Assembly: GCA_903813345.2 (NCBI GenBank)
Contig: CAIIXF020000001.1
Span: 2,294,001-2,358,000 of the forward strand
Direction of reading: 5' to 3'
Source of the DNA: Owenia fusiformis
Taxonomy: Eukaryota
DNA: 64,000 nt
Shown: piece by piece, positions 49,211 to 62,553 of the stretch
Position numbering within the stretch: the stretch's first letter is position 1
Layout of the letters: each line of letters starts with the position of its first letter
The notes under the pieces: generated by a model
What the model was told of the DNA's origin: nothing
The model's input: only the letters and a program-made list of their open reading frames with translations
The model's database searches: none
Position numbers and translations under genes: made by a program

Positions 49211-52200
49211 GTAAGACAAATTATTATCCCAATGAACAAAGTTCGGGAGGAATATAGTGAAGCTCTTTGTCCGTCAGTCTGTCTGTCCTGATGGAAGATG
49301 GCTGTCACTTTAAAAATAGTGGGAATTATTTGCAAAAACCTTAAACTTTTCATTTTAAACCAAAGCAATAAATATTATTGTTTGAAATATTCACAACATC
49401 TATCTATTTCCCATATATTCCGTGTTTTTCACCCTGATCCCCAGGGGCTGTGCATGGGGGGTTAGGAAAACAGGAATTTGCATTAATTTTGAGATCTTTC
49501 TGAAGTATAGCCTAGCTTTATTATACTCAGATGAAAGGTAAATTAGAGTTGGTTGCAAATATTGTATCATTTTTTCTGATTCTGGGCTTATAAAATACAA
49601 AAAAGCTGCCTTATGTGGGATTTCTCAAAATAATTTTCTGATCTGTTCAAAGTATGGCTATATTATACTCAAATTGAAGGAATTTAAGAGTCATAATTCA
49701 AGAGATCATAATAATGGTAATATTTTTCTGATTCGCACCTCAGAAAATTCAAAATGGCTTGCTAGAACAGGAATTCGCTATAACATTGTACCCACGTACC
49801 CATGTAAGTGGGTCGTGATACAGACTTTTAAGGGTTAGAATTTTTAATTTAGTTTTAAATACAGGGATTTGCTAAATGTAATTCCGTTTCATTTTATTTA
49901 ATCAAAGCATGGGTAATGATTAGTCTCAGGGATCGTAAATTCAGCCCATCACACTACATTGTTACTTTGGTCGTTGATAATGATTAGCTATCTGATTCTA
50001 AACTGATTAATTGGAAGAGAAGTATACCCATAAAGACAAAGATGTGTTCTAAATGTGAAAATATAGTGATAGCTTTTAGACAACTTCCTTGAATTACCCA
50101 ACAAATAAAAAGCGATTTTATTGTAGATTGCTCTATTGAACAAGCATTTCAATTTCACAATTTTGACTAAACAAATGTTAGATTTATAAGACATACATAA
50201 TACAAAGGGCATTAATGCATCTATAATTCAGCAAAGGACCGGAGATTGAATCATCTTAGTTATTTTGAAAAGGATGGGTTTCAATATGGTGAACTTTTTG
50301 AACACACGTTTTCTTAAACCAGTCATCAAAAAAATATGAAAATTTTACACATCGTCAATTTAATGGTCATGTTTTGAATGGTAACAGTAAAATGTGAAAT
50401 AAACATATACGCTTTTATCCATGTTGTTTTAGAAAACACATCAAACACTTCTTTTGTTCTAGGTATCATATGTTCGGAATGAAATGAAACATCTATCTGA
50501 ACCTCATTGGAACAAAATGACATAAACACAACATGTTTAGATCTCTCAATACTGTAATTGTACAAAGGAAAGTTTGGTTGATTTAAAAAAAGTATCTTGT
50601 TAATGAAATAAAATGTTTATCTTAATTTTAATCTATTTTGGGGGTTTTTGTGTTTTAATTTTTTGAATACTTTTTGTTAAATCAACCAAAATTTCCTTTG
50701 TATAACTATAATATTGGGAGGTCTAAGACAAATATTGTATATGCTATTTTGTTCAAACAATCTTTGGAAAGATATTTTATTTCATTCTCAAGATTTGATA
50801 AAAAGGATCAAAAAACAATTGCACCAAAAAACGAAAAATGTTGACATAAATAGCTATATAAAATATATATAAATATTTGTTGCATTAAATTGTTGTCAAT
50901 CAGTCAAAATTACATAAAGGAGCGTGTTTTTGTACACAGTGGCGTGGCGAGGGTATTTTTTGTGAGGGTACGCCACGAGTGAGCTTGAATAAAACAAAGT
51001 TTGAGAGGGGTGGAGGGGGGGGCGTATTCTCCCCCTTGAAAATGAGATTTCATTTGAAGCGTTCTAGAGCATTCTGAAATATGAAATTCTGATTGATATG
51101 AACTAACAAAATGTAAATCATTATTTTTTATCCATTTTTTAAGTGTGGGGCAATTCAATATAAAAATTATCATCTTTCTCTCAATTTTGAGAGTACGCCA
51201 TGGCGTTTTATGCGTATATGATGCTACGCCATTGTACAGAATGTTTTAAATAATTGGTTTGAGAGAAAAACTTTGTTGAATTCAGTTCACCATATCAATA
51301 CCAATCCTGTAACCCTTCAAAGACTGCATCATGCCCCACCTTGTGGTACCCATGTGGGTACGTGGGTACGAGGTCAAGGTTTTTTATATAAAGCCCTTAA
51401 AAGTACATATGGTTACACGATACTGTATTAGATCTCAAATAATGTATTGTCTTTATGATTTGTGCACCTGTGAAACTCTTAAATGGTCACCCAAATACTT
51501 AAATCAAATACTTTACTCTTTTTATTTTGCGTAGCGGAATATGTTACGCAAATACATATTTTTCCTGATTGTCATGGAAAAATATTTCAAGAGAAAAATG
51601 AAAAACAAACTCTGAAAAAAACCAAACACAGTTTGTTTGGAATTTTCACGCCAATTGCATATCATATGTGTCACACATTTACTTCGAATTTTCTTGCATT
51701 AATTATTTGGTTGTCTAATGATGAATATAATGAATATAATGTTGTATAATTGTAGGCTCTAATATGACATGCTGTAGCTGGGAGCAGTTAGTAACCCTGG
51801 ACTCGAGTCTTACTGTTCCTCGACAAATGTTCTTCAGATGCCCATCCTGCTTCCGTAACTTCCTCAACCTCTATTGCTCTCTTACCTGTGATCCTCGTCA
51901 GTCTGATTTCGTATACGTTAGGGGCATCAACAAGGCAGCAAATGACTCAATTGACAGTATTGACTATGTCGTATCGAATGATTTTGCAAATGGATTATTT
52001 GATTCATGTAGGGATGTACAGATGCCAAGTTCTAAAGCAAAAGCTATTGGAGTTTTCTGTGGGACTGATGCGAATAAATGCACTGCTAAAAAGTTCCTGA
52101 CTTTTATGGGAACTTCTTCATATGCTCCTTTCAATGTAAGTATATTTCTCAGTTGTTATGACTTCATTTTTTGAAATTTGACTTATATTGATTAATTCTC

Positions 52201-55200
52201 CCTTTCGCGATTCGCTCTTTGAAGCAGAACGTTCGCAAATATGAACTGAAAAAGCACTCAAAAAGGACAAAATTTGATTGGTCAATATTTTCTCACTATG
52301 CATTTCGCGTAGCTATTTGCGTAACCCGAAAGTTCTAAATCAAACTAATTACGCAATTTTGTTTTTATACCCGCACGCTAAATAAAACAATGACAACATC
52401 GGAAGTATTCTTCTTTGTCATTGCTTTAATAGTCAGTATACCGAGTTTAATCAATAAAATATTGTACAATGAACAACAAAATTCGGAAATGAGTACTATA
52501 AATTGCTTTAGAACCACAGAACAGAGTGACCTAGATAATAGCGACACTTCGTCTTTGGTCTACTGCTCAGTTATTTGTTGGTTTTCAACGTAACTCTATG
52601 ATGTCATTTGAAGATGAATACTTTTATTCAGTTGTTGCATCGATGTTGCAGTTTGTAGTGCGGTAAGGTTGGCATTAAAGTATTGAAAGTCGAATGGAAT
52701 TGTTTTTTCCAATATGGCGACTAGTCAACTGATCATGTGACCTTCTCTTCCGGAATATTTTCTCACTTTTCAATCATCGTTTTCACCACGCTATGAATCA
52801 ATACAATGAAAAAAGTAGCTGTTATATTAAGATTAATAAGAGATCAATCGTTTCTAATAATTTTTTCTGTACCCTCGTATGGGAATATGAACGAATATAT
52901 CGTTTGAAAAATCGGTGTGAAAATCCCCATGTTAAACCTATGAGGGAAAACAAGGAAGTATAAATTTGTTCCTCCGCGAACTGCATCATGGGAAATATAT
53001 TCGAGAATTCTGACTTAACCCAGAGGTGTTTCTCATAAATAAAGTTCTCTGCGTAATGCGTATACCAAACATTTTAAATCTTATTCCTGGACTTCATCAT
53101 ATTATAATTATCTATTTAAATAGACATTACCAAGTTATCATTTTTACTCTAAAAGCAAGAAAGATGAGGTTTAGGCGATGAACACAAAAAAACAGTAACT
53201 AACTTATTCAAATGATTCATGAGTAGTCTCAGAGTCATATTTACTCATATAAAAATCTCAATAATATCAAATACAAAATGCTTCCAGATCAATTTTAATT
53301 TGACTAACAATGCAACAACAGATGGACCAAATGGTACATACCGCATGATCCCCCTCAATCAGACAGTTCACCCCTGCAACCTGCCTCTCAACAACAAATC
53401 CTCCCCCTGCAGTTGTCAGGACTGTGAAGCCCAGTGTTCCCCTCTACCTCCTCCAATCAAGCCACCCCCGAGATGGAAGATTCTTGGGATAGATGGATTT
53501 ATATTTATTGGCTCATCAGTATTTGCAGGATTCATTATACTGTTTTGTATTTGGATCATATGTAGTATTATTACTGGGAGGAATAACTCAAGTAAGTTCA
53601 GAGTACTTAGGTTTTAAAGGCCCCATATAAAGTTTAAACCACATTGTCTTATATTGTCTCCCTCAATGTTATAAATATGCGATATGTGAGACTTTTTTTA
53701 ATTGCAAATAGTGTTTTTTAAAGGACTTTTTGTGAAAAATTGTGAATTTATTTGAAACTAAATTTTAGAGCTCACACATATCTTTTACTAAGCGTAAATC
53801 CACACCAATGCATAGCATTCATCCCCCCGTGTCTTTTGTTGAAAATATTAAGAAAATTGGTTGATAAATAAGCAAGGAAAGGGAGGGGGGCGCAAATTTC
53901 AGGTCTGAGCAAAAAAAAACCTTTAGCCCCTAAAACCAAAAAGTTGGCCCAAAGTTTGAAATTTTGAGGGCCATTTTTTTTAAAAATTTGGCCTAGAATT
54001 AAAGAATAAGGCCTTACAAGGCCCAGTAATGACCAAAAAGGCCCACTTTTTGGGGCCATAAGGCTTTTTTGGCCCAATTTTCTCCCTGGCCCACCCAAGG
54101 GGGGGGGGGCATGCCCCTCCCCCTCCAGATCCACCAGTGAGTATTTAAAACTTAAAATATACTTAAAAAAGAATGTGCTTTGCACTATGTAATGGAATAT
54201 TTTATGATTAAATTTTAATGTTTAATTTAAAGGAAATTTGAATATTTGAGAAATAAAAAGCTGGTACCTTTTTCCCTCTAAATTTTTTTTCCAAAATCTT
54301 TAGAATAACTTAAGTCATGAAAAATAGTAAATGATAAATAAAACTTAACATGGGGGCTTTAATACTGTACAGTGATAAAGTAAGATTTAACAGATCAACA
54401 ATAAAGGTTTTTCAGTACTAGAATTTCAAATTTCAGTCATTATTAAGTTAGCTTCCTGACATAGCTATAGATGAGCATTGGTTGAAAATTTCAAAATATG
54501 AATCAATCCAAACAATTTTATTCAATCCCGGTGGCGTTCAGATTAGACAAGTTTTATTGTACATGTGCTGTAGTATCAAGCTGGTCATTATTGTAGGATA
54601 CCTTGTAAGAATATTTCTATGCCATTTTTATAGGTATGAATGATGCTGCCCTGGTGTCTCTCAATGGTGACTCAGTTCATTCCACTGAAAGTGCAGAAGT
54701 GAGTCCCGTTGATGAAAATGACATCAACTGTTTTGACAAAATTGGTGTAGGGATGGAATGCTTGCTGGAAACTATATTTACACGTTGGGGCTGTATGTGC
54801 GCCAAATACCCCATATATACTCTGGTAGTAGGATTCATATGTTGTGCAGCCCTTATTGTTGGTATAAGCTTGTTTAAAGTCACTACAAATCCAGTGGAAC
54901 TCTGGTCTTCCCCCGACAGTAGAGCACGACAAGAGATGAACTATTATGAAGAACATTTTACGTACGTTTTTGCCTTTTGAATTTTGACATTTACTAATAA
55001 TGAATAGTATAAGTAGGAGACAAACTGTCCATCTGTAATAACTCAATACCCTTTATCAGAATTGAACCAAACTTTATTTGCTGATGTTTTTTTGGAAAAG
55101 GACCTGACAAAGAAATTTTCCATTATATCCACTCAATTTAAACTGACTGACATGTTTGTAAAAATCTCATCTTTGATAATAAGTTAAATACCATTGAATG

Positions 55201-58200
55201 AATTATGAAGTGAAGAAGTATTCCAAACATATTTTGTCATCAAAAAACTCTTTGTATGGGGAAATATAAGATATACTAGTCACATTTATTATAATAAATA
55301 GATTAAATCGAGGAACTGTCACCAGAAGTGAGTGCTCAATAAATGATGGAGGGAAAACCTGTGTTAAACACTGACGGATCTAGAAGCTAACAAGGGGGAG
55401 GGCATATTTGGAGTGTGGAAATTTTTTTTTGAAAATTCAAGGCCCATTTTTGATAACCTGGCCAAAAAATATATGCTCAAAAAGGCCCATTTTTGAGGCC
55501 CTACAAAATTTTGGATACAAAAATATTTGGAGCCTTTGAAAATCTTTCTGGGCCAACAAAAGGCGGAGGGGTGGGTCCCATGGGCCCCCCTGGATCCGCC
55601 AGTGTTAAACAAAGCACAAAAGTGCTCAATGTTTACACCTGGGCAGTCACATGCAGTACATTAAGGCTGAACTAATCACGTCCTATTCACTCAATCGTTG
55701 AAAAGTAAACACAAAAGAAATCAAATTCTACACTGTACCTCACCTATAACATGCAGTGCACTAAAGCTGAACTAATAACACCCCACTCACTTATCAACAA
55801 ACCTCATAATCAATACAAATGAAATCAAATATTCCTAAAATTTGATCTGGGACCATTTACCTTTCATAAGTTAGATAAACCATTCATCCTGGGACTTTGG
55901 AGAAAATAATGGCCTTAGGGCTATAGTCCTTGGTCCTTGGCCATTATTTTTCCTCATACTCAAGACTCATAGTTTATCCCTAACCAAATAGAATTCAATG
56001 GTGAATTCGTCCAGGTAATCGAGTAATAATGTGAATCATGTTTTACGCATTATTCTCATCCTACATGCTTCATTTATCATGTTAAAAAACGGAAATGAAT
56101 GACCTATACTGTCAATTCTGTCATTGTAACTTTTAATCAGTGTTTACTTATGACATTCCTTTGGGTATTATTATTGGTGAGGTTACTTTCACCTCATAAA
56201 GAATAAAAGATGTATGATACTGTCTATGACATTCACCTTCACCATTCAACCCAAGTCACGACATATAATAAGGCTCTTTAACCCTTTTATCCACAGATAT
56301 GTATTTGTTGTCTGTAAAAAATGCATTCATTTCCCAAGAGAATGCGCTAGACAGAATCGCTCTCCGAACTTACTGTGAAACATAATCTCAATTTCTGTAG
56401 AATAAAGTCACAAATTTTACTGAAAAGATCAGTTATAATTCTTAGTAATGTAAGCAAGCTGAGTAATAAGGATCGATCATACACACATGGTGTAGAGGAC
56501 AATAATTCAATAAGTTCTCTTCAAAATGTCTACCTTAGCCTCCCTAATGACTTCACTCATTAACCTGTAAGTAACAAAGGGGGGTTAAAAAAAACTGATC
56601 AGAGCTAGAAATCTATTCATCCTGCAATATCAGTCAAGTGACAGCATTCATGACTAAGGTTGAAAACATACTGCCACAATTTAACATTGGCTTCAGTCTA
56701 TTGCCCAATAGGCACAGAGATCCAGTCATTTGTCAAAGAGAGAAAAGTGGTTAATTACCATTGGTAGTCAGGCAGTTGTGGGTTTCAAATCTTGATCCCA
56801 TCTTTATTCCTTCTCACTATCTACTCTGATCAGTATTAAGCTGTATGTGTTATTGTGTGTTAAGGGAATAAAAAGATCTTGATGCAATGGGGCTAAGTAT
56901 AGACCTGTTAACCTTCTTTTGTACACATATAATTCTATTAATGTTGATGCATTTCTTGAGGTTAAAGTCAAATTGACCTTAGATCACTAGGGGATAGACA
57001 TGAGGTCTTTGAGAGAAGTGGGAAGATAATTAAATCACACCATACTGAACTTCATGGTGTGTCAACATCGATGACAGTCTGATCACAAGTTGATTGTCAA
57101 CATAACCCTATCTGCTCAAAATCAAAAGTCAACTTTGTGCATCTTTTGAATGGGATGAATTTCTGTAGTGACTTCTCCCCAGATAGCACGTCTTTGTTGG
57201 CCCAACGTCGGCAATTTTACGTCGGTACCTTGACGTTGGGCCGACGTTGGTTCAAGGTTGTCAAGGCACACTTCTCCGTTGGCCTGAAGTCGGCAATTCT
57301 ACGGCTGTAAGCTCACGTTGTACCGACGTCGGTACAAGGTTGGCAAATGACACATCTTTTTCGGTCTGAAGTTAGCAATTTTAGGGCGGTACTTTGACGT
57401 TGGGCCGACGTTGGTACGAGGTCGTCAAGGTACACTTTTCTGTTGGCCTGAAGTCAGCAATTTTACGGCTGTACGCTGACGTTGTAGACGCTGCAAATGT
57501 TGGACCAATATTGGCCCAAGGTCGTTGTGCTATCTGGGTAGCACTAAAGTACTGTTTGGCCAACGTTAGGCCACCCACCTATCTGTTCCCTCTGCAAGGC
57601 CAACGTTGGGCCAACATTGCCATTAGCACTAAAGCACTGTCGAGCCAACATTGGACCAACGTTGGGCCAACATAATTTTTTGCCAACATTGGACCAACGT
57701 TGGGCCAACATAATTGTTTGCCACTGTTGGACCAACGTTGGCCCGCTGGACAAAATGACGTTGGGTCAACCGCTCAAGCCGACGTTGGGCCAACAGATGC
57801 GTAGTTGTTGGCCCGAAGTTGGCCCACTGGCGGTGTGCTATCTGTGCCAACATTGGACCAATGTTGGGCCAATATAATTTTTTGCCACTGTTGGACCAAC
57901 GTTGGCCCGCTGGACAAAATGACCTTGGGTCAACCGCTCAAGCCGACGTTGGGCCAACAGATGCGTAGTTGTTGGCCCAACGTTGGCCCATTGGCGATGT
58001 GCTATCTGGGACCTATCGATCAGTGCAAAATTGCAGTTGGCAAATTGTAGTTTGGCCAACGTTGGCCCGTTGTTGGCTGCCGCTAATACCAGGAAGCCAC
58101 CTATCGATAAATCATTGCAAATGCTTAAAAATAGAAGAAAACATACCAGCATGCAGTCATTAAAAAAAATTAAGGTAAATTTTTGTAATATTTTCTTTCA

Positions 58201-61200
58201 AAATTATCTGATAATGTTGTTCACCTCATAAATATGGATTTTCGCCTTGTAATACAGTTGAAACCACTTATAAGGCTACCAAATATATTTAGTATGGAAA
58301 AACAAGCCACCATATTTTATTGATGTAAAACGGATATAATTTGTGAACACATTTACAGTAGCAGTACTAAATGCCTAGATAGCACAAAGACGTTGGGTCA
58401 ACGTCGCTATCGGTGACCATTGGTTCTCAAGGTTGCAGTTGGCAAATTATTCATGTGGCCTGTCGTTGGCTGCACAGGGAGCCAACAATGGCTGTACAAA
58501 AAAGTAAATTGTATGGTATGGTTGGCCCAACAATTGACCAACGTTGGGCCAATGGACATAGCGACGGTGGGCCAACCACGTCAGCCAACGTTGGACCAAC
58601 ATATACGTAATCGTTGGGCCAAAGTTGGCCCAACTGTTGACCAACGTTGGGCCAACCAGTTTTGACCGCCAATGCGCCAACATCCCTCTTAACATTGTTG
58701 GACCAACTGTTGACCAACGTCGGGCCAACCAGTCTTCTTACTATTAGTGGGCCAACTATGGGCCAACGTAGCTTGAAATCGTGTTGGGCCAACAATGGAC
58801 CAACGTTGGGCCAATGAACATAGCGACGGTGGACCAACGTTGGACCGATGGACATAGCGACGGTGGGCCAACCACGACAGCCAACGTTGGGCCAACAGAT
58901 ACGTAGTTGTTGGGCCAACGTTGGCCCATCAGAGTTGTGCTATCTGGGTCATTATGACATAGCTATAGGGTCTATAGGGACCAGTATTTGGAATTTCTGA
59001 ATGAAACAATGTATCTAGTATCACTTTGTAATTGCAGGCCATTCCACCGTACTGCACAGATCATAATAACTGCTAAAGACCCCACCCCTTGGAGGAGGGA
59101 GGATTCTGGTAGTAGCCCTACTACAAGGATGATTGGAGCTGTACTTAAACTAGACATCTTACATGAGGTCAGTCTGTCATCAAAATTTGAAATTAAGGAT
59201 AGTTGCTGCTACTAATCTGTATATGTAGGCAGTGTAGGCAGTGTGTTTTGTCTCACATATTATCCATTGAATTATTTGAATAACACTTCACTTTCCAGCA
59301 CTTATTTTCCCGAGAAATAGTAATTTAAATTTAATTTACAGTTTCTATGCTAGATTGATAATGACATATATGTTACTTTTACATGTACGCTGCTATATAA
59401 TTGTATCACATTTTTAGGTGCTAGATTTGCAAAATCGACTTGCCAATATCACTGCTTATGATAGCAAACATGGTGTTGATGTTAGGCTTGAAGATATCTG
59501 CTTCGCCCCTTTATCACCCGATAACAACAACTGCACCATTCAGAGTCCCCTGAACTATTTCCAAAACAGCATGGAGAATCTAGATAAAAGTATCTGGGAT
59601 GATTTCCATTTTATACGCTACGCCGACTATATGGATCATTTCCTTTACTGTGTCAGGTTAGTAATACATTCCTCTACATTAGCAAGAAACTTTGAAACCT
59701 GTACTTGTGTGAAATTGACCCCAACCTCTACGCAAATTAGAATCACAACTTTCCAATCAAATTAAGGTAGTAATGTTACAAACTAGAATAATGGGACTAA
59801 TAATTTTTAGGAGTAATAAACCCAAATATTTTCTATATTGGTAATATAACCAGCCATACATTGTACATTTGAAGTTGCCAAAATAAATCAGACTGCTGCT
59901 ATACAAGTACAGGGTGGGCCAAAAAAACGCCACCTTTTTTTCAAGACACTACAACTTTTTTATTTTCCAACCTACATACCCCAAATTTTTGCAGTTATAT
60001 AGTGCCAGGGGTTCTTAGTAATAATATAATGTAACAAGTCCTTCAACTTGGAATATATCTGATTTAAAAGAGGAGTTCCATTGTTCCGCCACCCTATTTG
60101 ATGATATATTTTTTAGTTTTAGTCGCCTCGCTGATATAGCAGTATCAATGAAATGTCAGCTAAGTTTTTTTCAACCTGTCTTAATTGTCAGCTTTAGTTG
60201 AGCAATTTTCTAGATTGGGTGCCTTCATACAATCTCCTGGAGACCTTCCCATACCCTATACACACTGGGGTTTGCATCAGGACTATTAGCTTGGCGATCA
60301 TCATGCCATATCAGTTCAGGAGCATTTTGCAAATTATGCTTATTTCTCATGGCACGCCACATGTTTAAGTGAGACGCTGGTGACATATTTTAGTCAAGTA
60401 AAAGTGTTAAATTCATGATACATGGCTAGATAACAACCTCAAGTTTCATTTGGTATGCAAATTATGATTTTGTTTCAAAAATTAAAAAAGTTATAGCATT
60501 TTGAGTGGCGTTTTTTGGCCCACCCTGTACATTTTACGAAACTTGAGCAACATGAAAGTCTTTTTAACTGTAGTACAGTTTTCCATCATTAGTGTCAAGA
60601 TACACAGACAAAAAATATTGGTATTTTAAAGTAAAGTTTTTAGCTTTAATTATGATGCAGAATTTAATCAACAAGATATGTGAACCTTTAAGGCATTTTC
60701 AAAAAGCTTTAGTTGTACTCCTTAACTTTTAAGGATTGCATTTTACTAATGTATTAAAAGTTTGCAACGCCACAAAATGAGGGAAAATGTCTGTTAAAGT
60801 GAGGGGTTTAAAAATGTCTGACTTAGAATTTCCCAACCATGCTTTGAAAAAATCCAACTTTAAAATGCCATACTTTTCTGTCTCTAAACCTTGACATATA
60901 TGAAGATACATGCATTTTTCTTCATATGCATTTTCCAAAATTACACAGTTATTCAAAAAATTACAAAGATAACTACTACAAAAAATACATAGTCATGACC
61001 ATGTTTAACAATTTCCCTTTTTGTACTACAGAGACCCCACTGCCATCAATGACACACAGAACCCTCTACTGAACCTGCCATGTATGGGAACATTTGGAGG
61101 ACCAGTCATGCCTTTTGTGGCTCTCGGAGAATATGAAGGTATGTAGCATAACTTATTAGTGTTGAGAGGTTTATATGGATTTTGCTAGTGATTCTTATGG

Positions 61201-61841
61201 CATGCAGTGTACTCATTAACAGCCTTCCCAGAGTGGTCCAACTGTCCCGCAATTTGCACATTTGTCACGCATTTGCTGAAGAAATTGAAGTCACGCCTGT
61301 TTTTTTGCTTGACAGAATATGCCAAGCAAATACACATTTTTTCAAATCATTATCAAGCAAAAATGTTTCAGTTCATGCCGAAAAAATGAACGCCGAAAAA
61401 AAGGAACGCCGGAATAATCGAACACAGTTCTTTCGGAAGTTTAAACGCAAATTGCGAATATGTCACACATTTGCTTTGTTTTATCTCATCCCTTTAACAT
61501 GACTGACTAGCCACATTTGATACAGACTAGCTCTTTGTACAAAAGTGCTGGTCACTTTGACCAGCAAATTTAGATATGAACTGGCTAAATTGAATGGGTA
61601 ACAGGTCTATTTGACCAGCTTGTATTTTAAGAAATAAATTGATGCATTATTTCTGTGTTTTCCAGATGACAAATACTACACTGCTAATGCTGTGATTGTA
61701 ACATTTATAATTAATAACTATAAGAAAAACAGCACATTCATTGACCTTGCCATGACGTGGGAGAAAGAATACATCCGTATTTTGAAAGATTATGTGAACG
61801 ATGTTCCAGATAGCAATATATCAATAGGATTTACTTCAGAA
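49033..61841 (+). CDS. NPC1: NPC intracellular cholesterol transporter 1 (NPC1 family), partial: join(49033..49210,51756..52135,53288..53591,54634..54961,59038..59167,59418..59656,61032..61138,61666..61841); 5' exon unlocated, 3' part beyond the window
   Basis: All junctions GT-AG and in phase. NTD ([10 protein letters not shown]...[23 protein letters not shown]), CSCQDC plus proline-rich linker, TM1, TM2, [16 protein letters not shown], middle luminal domain (ICFAPL..C.IQS.LNYFQNS, C.GTFGGPV.P). Confidence 0.95.
49221..49780 (+). mobile_element. Degenerate HINE, same family as 62554 onward
   Basis: TTATTATCCCAATGAACAAAGTTCGG head, GTCC/GTCT microsatellite; body matches 62700-63085. Confidence 0.65.
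50278..51302. mobile_element. TIR element, copy 2 (inverted relative to 42606-43312), with a ~300-bp CAGTGGCGT...ACGCCATTG insertion at ~50937-51234
   Basis: Reverse-complement match to copy 1 on both sides of the insertion; TACA duplicated at the insertion. Confidence 0.78.
51756..52135 (+). CDS. NPC1: NPC1 exon (NTD core)
   Basis: TTGTAG / GTAAGT; 380 nt. Confidence 0.95.
52194..53009. mobile_element. ~810-bp interspersed element, copy A (inverted copy B at 63143-63960)
   Basis: Collinear reverse-complement match over its length, e.g. AATTCTCCCTTTCGCG (52194) vs CGCGAAAGGGAGAATT (63960). Confidence 0.88.
53288..53591 (+). CDS. NPC1: NPC1 exon (end of NTD, polyproline linker, TM1)
   Basis: TTCCAG / GTAAGT; 304 nt; [18 protein letters not shown]. 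Confidence 0.94.
54634..54961 (+). CDS. NPC1: NPC1 exon (cytosolic loop, TM2, TTNPVELWS)
   Basis: TTATAG / GTACGT; 328 nt. Confidence 0.94.
55369..55604. mobile_element. CA...TG-ended MITE with 5-bp TSD (TTAAA)
   Basis: TTAAA|CACTGACGGATC ... GATCCGCCAGTG|TTAAA. Confidence 0.75.
57178..58948. mobile_element. Composite CACTA/EnSpm-like non-autonomous element (CCCAG ends, 2-bp TSD TC) built from CCAACGTTGG palindromes
   Basis: TC|CCCAGATAGCAC ... GTGCTATCTGGG|TC; further terminus-like motifs at ~57527, 57835, 57999, 58374; dozens of (CC)AACGTTGG motifs. Confidence 0.82.
59038..59167 (+). CDS. NPC1: NPC1 exon ([10 protein letters not shown]...)
   Basis: TTGCAG / GTCAGT; 130 nt. Confidence 0.92.
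59418..59656 (+). CDS. NPC1: NPC1 exon (middle luminal domain)
   Basis: TTTTAG / GTTAGT; 239 nt; LEDICFAPL...YMDHFLYCV. Confidence 0.94.
59910..60527 (-). mobile_element. Internally deleted Tc1/mariner element, TA TSD
   Basis: TA|CAGGGTGGGCCAAAAAAACGCCAC ... GTGGCGTTTTTTGGCCCACCCTG|TA; remnant [31 protein letters not shown] on - (cf. WPPNSPDLNP). Confidence 0.87.
61032..61138 (+). CDS. NPC1: NPC1 exon ([17 protein letters not shown])
   Basis: CTACAG / GTATGT; 107 nt; not in the ORF track. Confidence 0.93.
61666..61841 (+). CDS. NPC1: NPC1 exon (end of middle luminal domain, AMTWEKEY...FTSE)
   Basis: TTCCAG / GTAAGT; 176 nt. Confidence 0.93.
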
Positions 61842-62553
61842 GTAAGTCAACATTTACATTTGTTTTTCTCATATCAACACTTCAGGTGGTGACATATTGT
61901 TATATAATAGGATTATTTTGTACCTTTTAGGGCCAAACGTACATCCAACAATTACAAGTTTCAATTACTCAGATGCGAGTAGGTAGTTACCAGTTTCACC
62001 ACCAGGTGGCTGATTTGGGGGAATTAACATGGCAGGGTATTACAAAATTCCCTTAAACTTGAATATGCATCAGTTTTAGTGGTTCACTTTTCATATTACC
62101 CATATGTATGTGATAGTTAATACAAATTAAAATATGTCCAGCAAAAGAAAATAGTATCTGCCCAACACAAGAAAAGATATTTCACTTTTTGTGGTTTTAC
62201 AACATGGGGTCAATGGGGAATCTCCCCGACCTAGAAGTCACATTTTCAAAGAAAATTAATTTTTCATAGTTGATAAACTCTTTTCAAAACCACATTTGTA
62301 AATGTAATTTTACATGTAGATTTTAAATATGACATCAGTTTGACTGAATTGTGAGTTTTTAATGATTCAATCAAGATTATTTCTACTCGCATCTGGGATA
62401 TTACAGTTAATAGCAATAAAGTAAAGAAAATAAGACTATATTTTTGAAATGACATATAATGTTACTTTGATATAAGGATTTCTGAAAGGTGTAAAATTCA
62501 AAGCATGTTTTTAGTTGTAAAAATAATCTTAGCTTCCCCTCATTTATTCCCAC

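Noticed and set aside
57178-58948. CRISPR-like array of palindromic repeats; many overlapping ORFs
   Set aside because: Repeats are irregularly spaced 10-mers without unique constant-length spacers, and there are no cas genes. The context is a eukaryotic intron and TIR/TSD mark it as a DNA transposon derivative; the ORFs come from low stop-codon density.
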